DNA of 47,362 bases from Clostridiaceae bacterium UBA4839. GTDB taxonomy: Bacteria > Bacillota > Clostridia > Clostridiales > Caloramatoraceae. The translations under genes were made by a program, and so were the position numbers. The notes under the pieces are model-generated. The model did no database searches, had not been told where the DNA came from, and worked only from the letters and a program-made list of their open reading frames with translations. The DNA lies in NCBI GenBank assembly GCA_002400085.1, contig DHEX01000138.1, forward strand, positions 1-47,362, in the 5' to 3' direction. Each line of letters starts with the position of its first letter. Position 1 is the first letter of the stretch. This document shows positions 46,811 to 47,362 of this stretch, in pieces.

Positions 46811-47362
46811 TCACTCCTCAATCATTAAAAAATGGATTTGTTCATCCTCTTCAATATCCCGTTTAGCCCTTTTGTTTATTATATAATTATAATCTTTAGG
46901 AGAAATTCCGCTGCCAGGTCTTTTAAATGAAATGTCCTCTTTCCTTATTATTTCCCCTTTTTTAATAAATCTTGATGCAACTATACTTTTTCTTGCAGCT
47001 GTTTTTACATCCTCTTCATCTGCTGTACATTTTTTTATTCCGTCCCCCATTGCCTTTTCAACATTTCTAATCGCCCTAACCATAGCATTAAGCTCCTCTA
47101 CATCAAGGGATGCTTTATGATCTGGCCCTTCAGAATTCTTATTTAATGTGAAATGCTTTTCAATTATACAAGCTCCTTTAGCTGCAGCTGCAATAGGAAT
47201 TTCTATTCCTTCCGTATGATCAGAATAACCAACTGGAAGCTTAAAAGCAGCTTTTAATGTATCTATTGCATTTAAGTTTACAGTTTCAAGCTTTGCAGGA
47301 TAATTTGAAGTACAGTGGAGAATATAAATTGAGCTGTTTCCCATATCCTTAATTGCCCTAAT
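46811..47362 (-). CDS. neuB: Nonulosonic acid synthase (NeuB/LegI-like), 5' end outside the window
   Basis: HCTSNYP, GYSDHT and a C-terminal SAF domain. The reading frame stays open to the window edge. Confidence 0.85.
   Translation of the reverse strand: MRAIKDMGNSSIYILHCTSNYPAKLETVNLNAIDTLKAAFKLPVGYSDHTEGIEIPIAAAAKGACIIEKHFTLNKNSEGPDHKASLDVEELNAMVRAIRNVEKAMGDGIKKCTADEEDVKTAARKSIVASRFIKKGEIIRKEDISFKRPGSGISPKDYNYIINKRAKRDIEEDEQIHFLMIEE

Noticed and set aside
490-47120. Numerous 60-130-aa ORFs antisense to or inside large genes (e.g. 490..684, 1843..2184, 3865..4146, 7367..7756, 7399..7722, 8689..8877, 10684..10938, 11045..11389, 17157..17477, 22127..22462, 22482..22784, 27023..27358, 34113..34409, 37001..37306, 43726..43965, 46556..46768)
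   Set aside because: All are embedded in well-supported genes on the other strand or in another frame, lack SD sequences and have AT-rich-genome shadow composition (Ile/Phe/Leu/Ser-rich).
306-47362. N-terminal extensions in the supplied ORF track (hflX, spoIIAA, GDT1 transporter, speE, pdaA, hutI, murJ, gatD, murT, GT4 at 36499, ptmE-like, neuC-like)
   Set aside because: The longest-ORF starts lack SD sequences or overlap upstream genes or repeats. Internal ATG/TTG codons with a properly spaced GGAGG-like SD were preferred.
1-47362. Prophage, IS element or integrative island
   Set aside because: No integrase, transposase, recombinase or phage structural genes were seen in any frame. The gene content is housekeeping, sporulation or envelope throughout. 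Mobile-type signals are limited to non-autonomous repeats.

Overview
The window is low-GC, Clostridium-type (sensu stricto-like) chromosomal DNA, densely coded, with no rRNA, tRNA, CRISPR array, transposase or integrase visible.

Gene content, left to right:
- hflX and hpt.
- A sporulation and cell-wall block: yunB, a processive family-2 glycosyltransferase, a class A PBP, spoVAE-AD-AC, and sigF-spoIIAB-spoIIAA with a sigma-H type promoter.
- A GDT1/UPF0016 Mn/Ca transporter behind a yybP-ykoY (Mn) riboswitch.
- speE and two Gate-domain membrane proteins.
- A solitary gamma-class N6-adenine DNA methyltransferase, then pdaA.
- A histidine-utilisation cluster (hutH, ftcD-like transferase, hutI, cyclodeaminase, membrane protein) with no hutU.
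- An uninterrupted minus-strand block from 25.1 kb to the window end: murT-gatD-murJ preceded by an ~18.5 kb surface-glycan locus. That locus opens with a legionaminic-acid-type nonulosonate pathway (neuB/neuC-like, NeuD-like acetyltransferase, CBS-nucleotidyltransferase, dehydratase, aminotransferase).

The main unexplained signal is a mosaic of GC-rich intergenic repeats. It includes GTAG-tagged palindromes arranged as inverted pairs (REP/REPIN-like, two sequence types), a ~160 bp long-hairpin MITE-like element into which those palindromes are nested, and three further hairpin families. These sit between stop codons and terminators, in a riboswitch leader and in the probable hut leader.

Other second-look items:
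- An exact JAMM/MPN+ motif in the N-terminal extension of HflX.
- An unlisted 47-codon ORF coupled to spoVAC.
- A 567-aa GT-B-like protein beside the nonulosonate genes.

Product calls come from motif recognition by eye. Repeat coordinates are approximate (a few bp), and no database search was possible.
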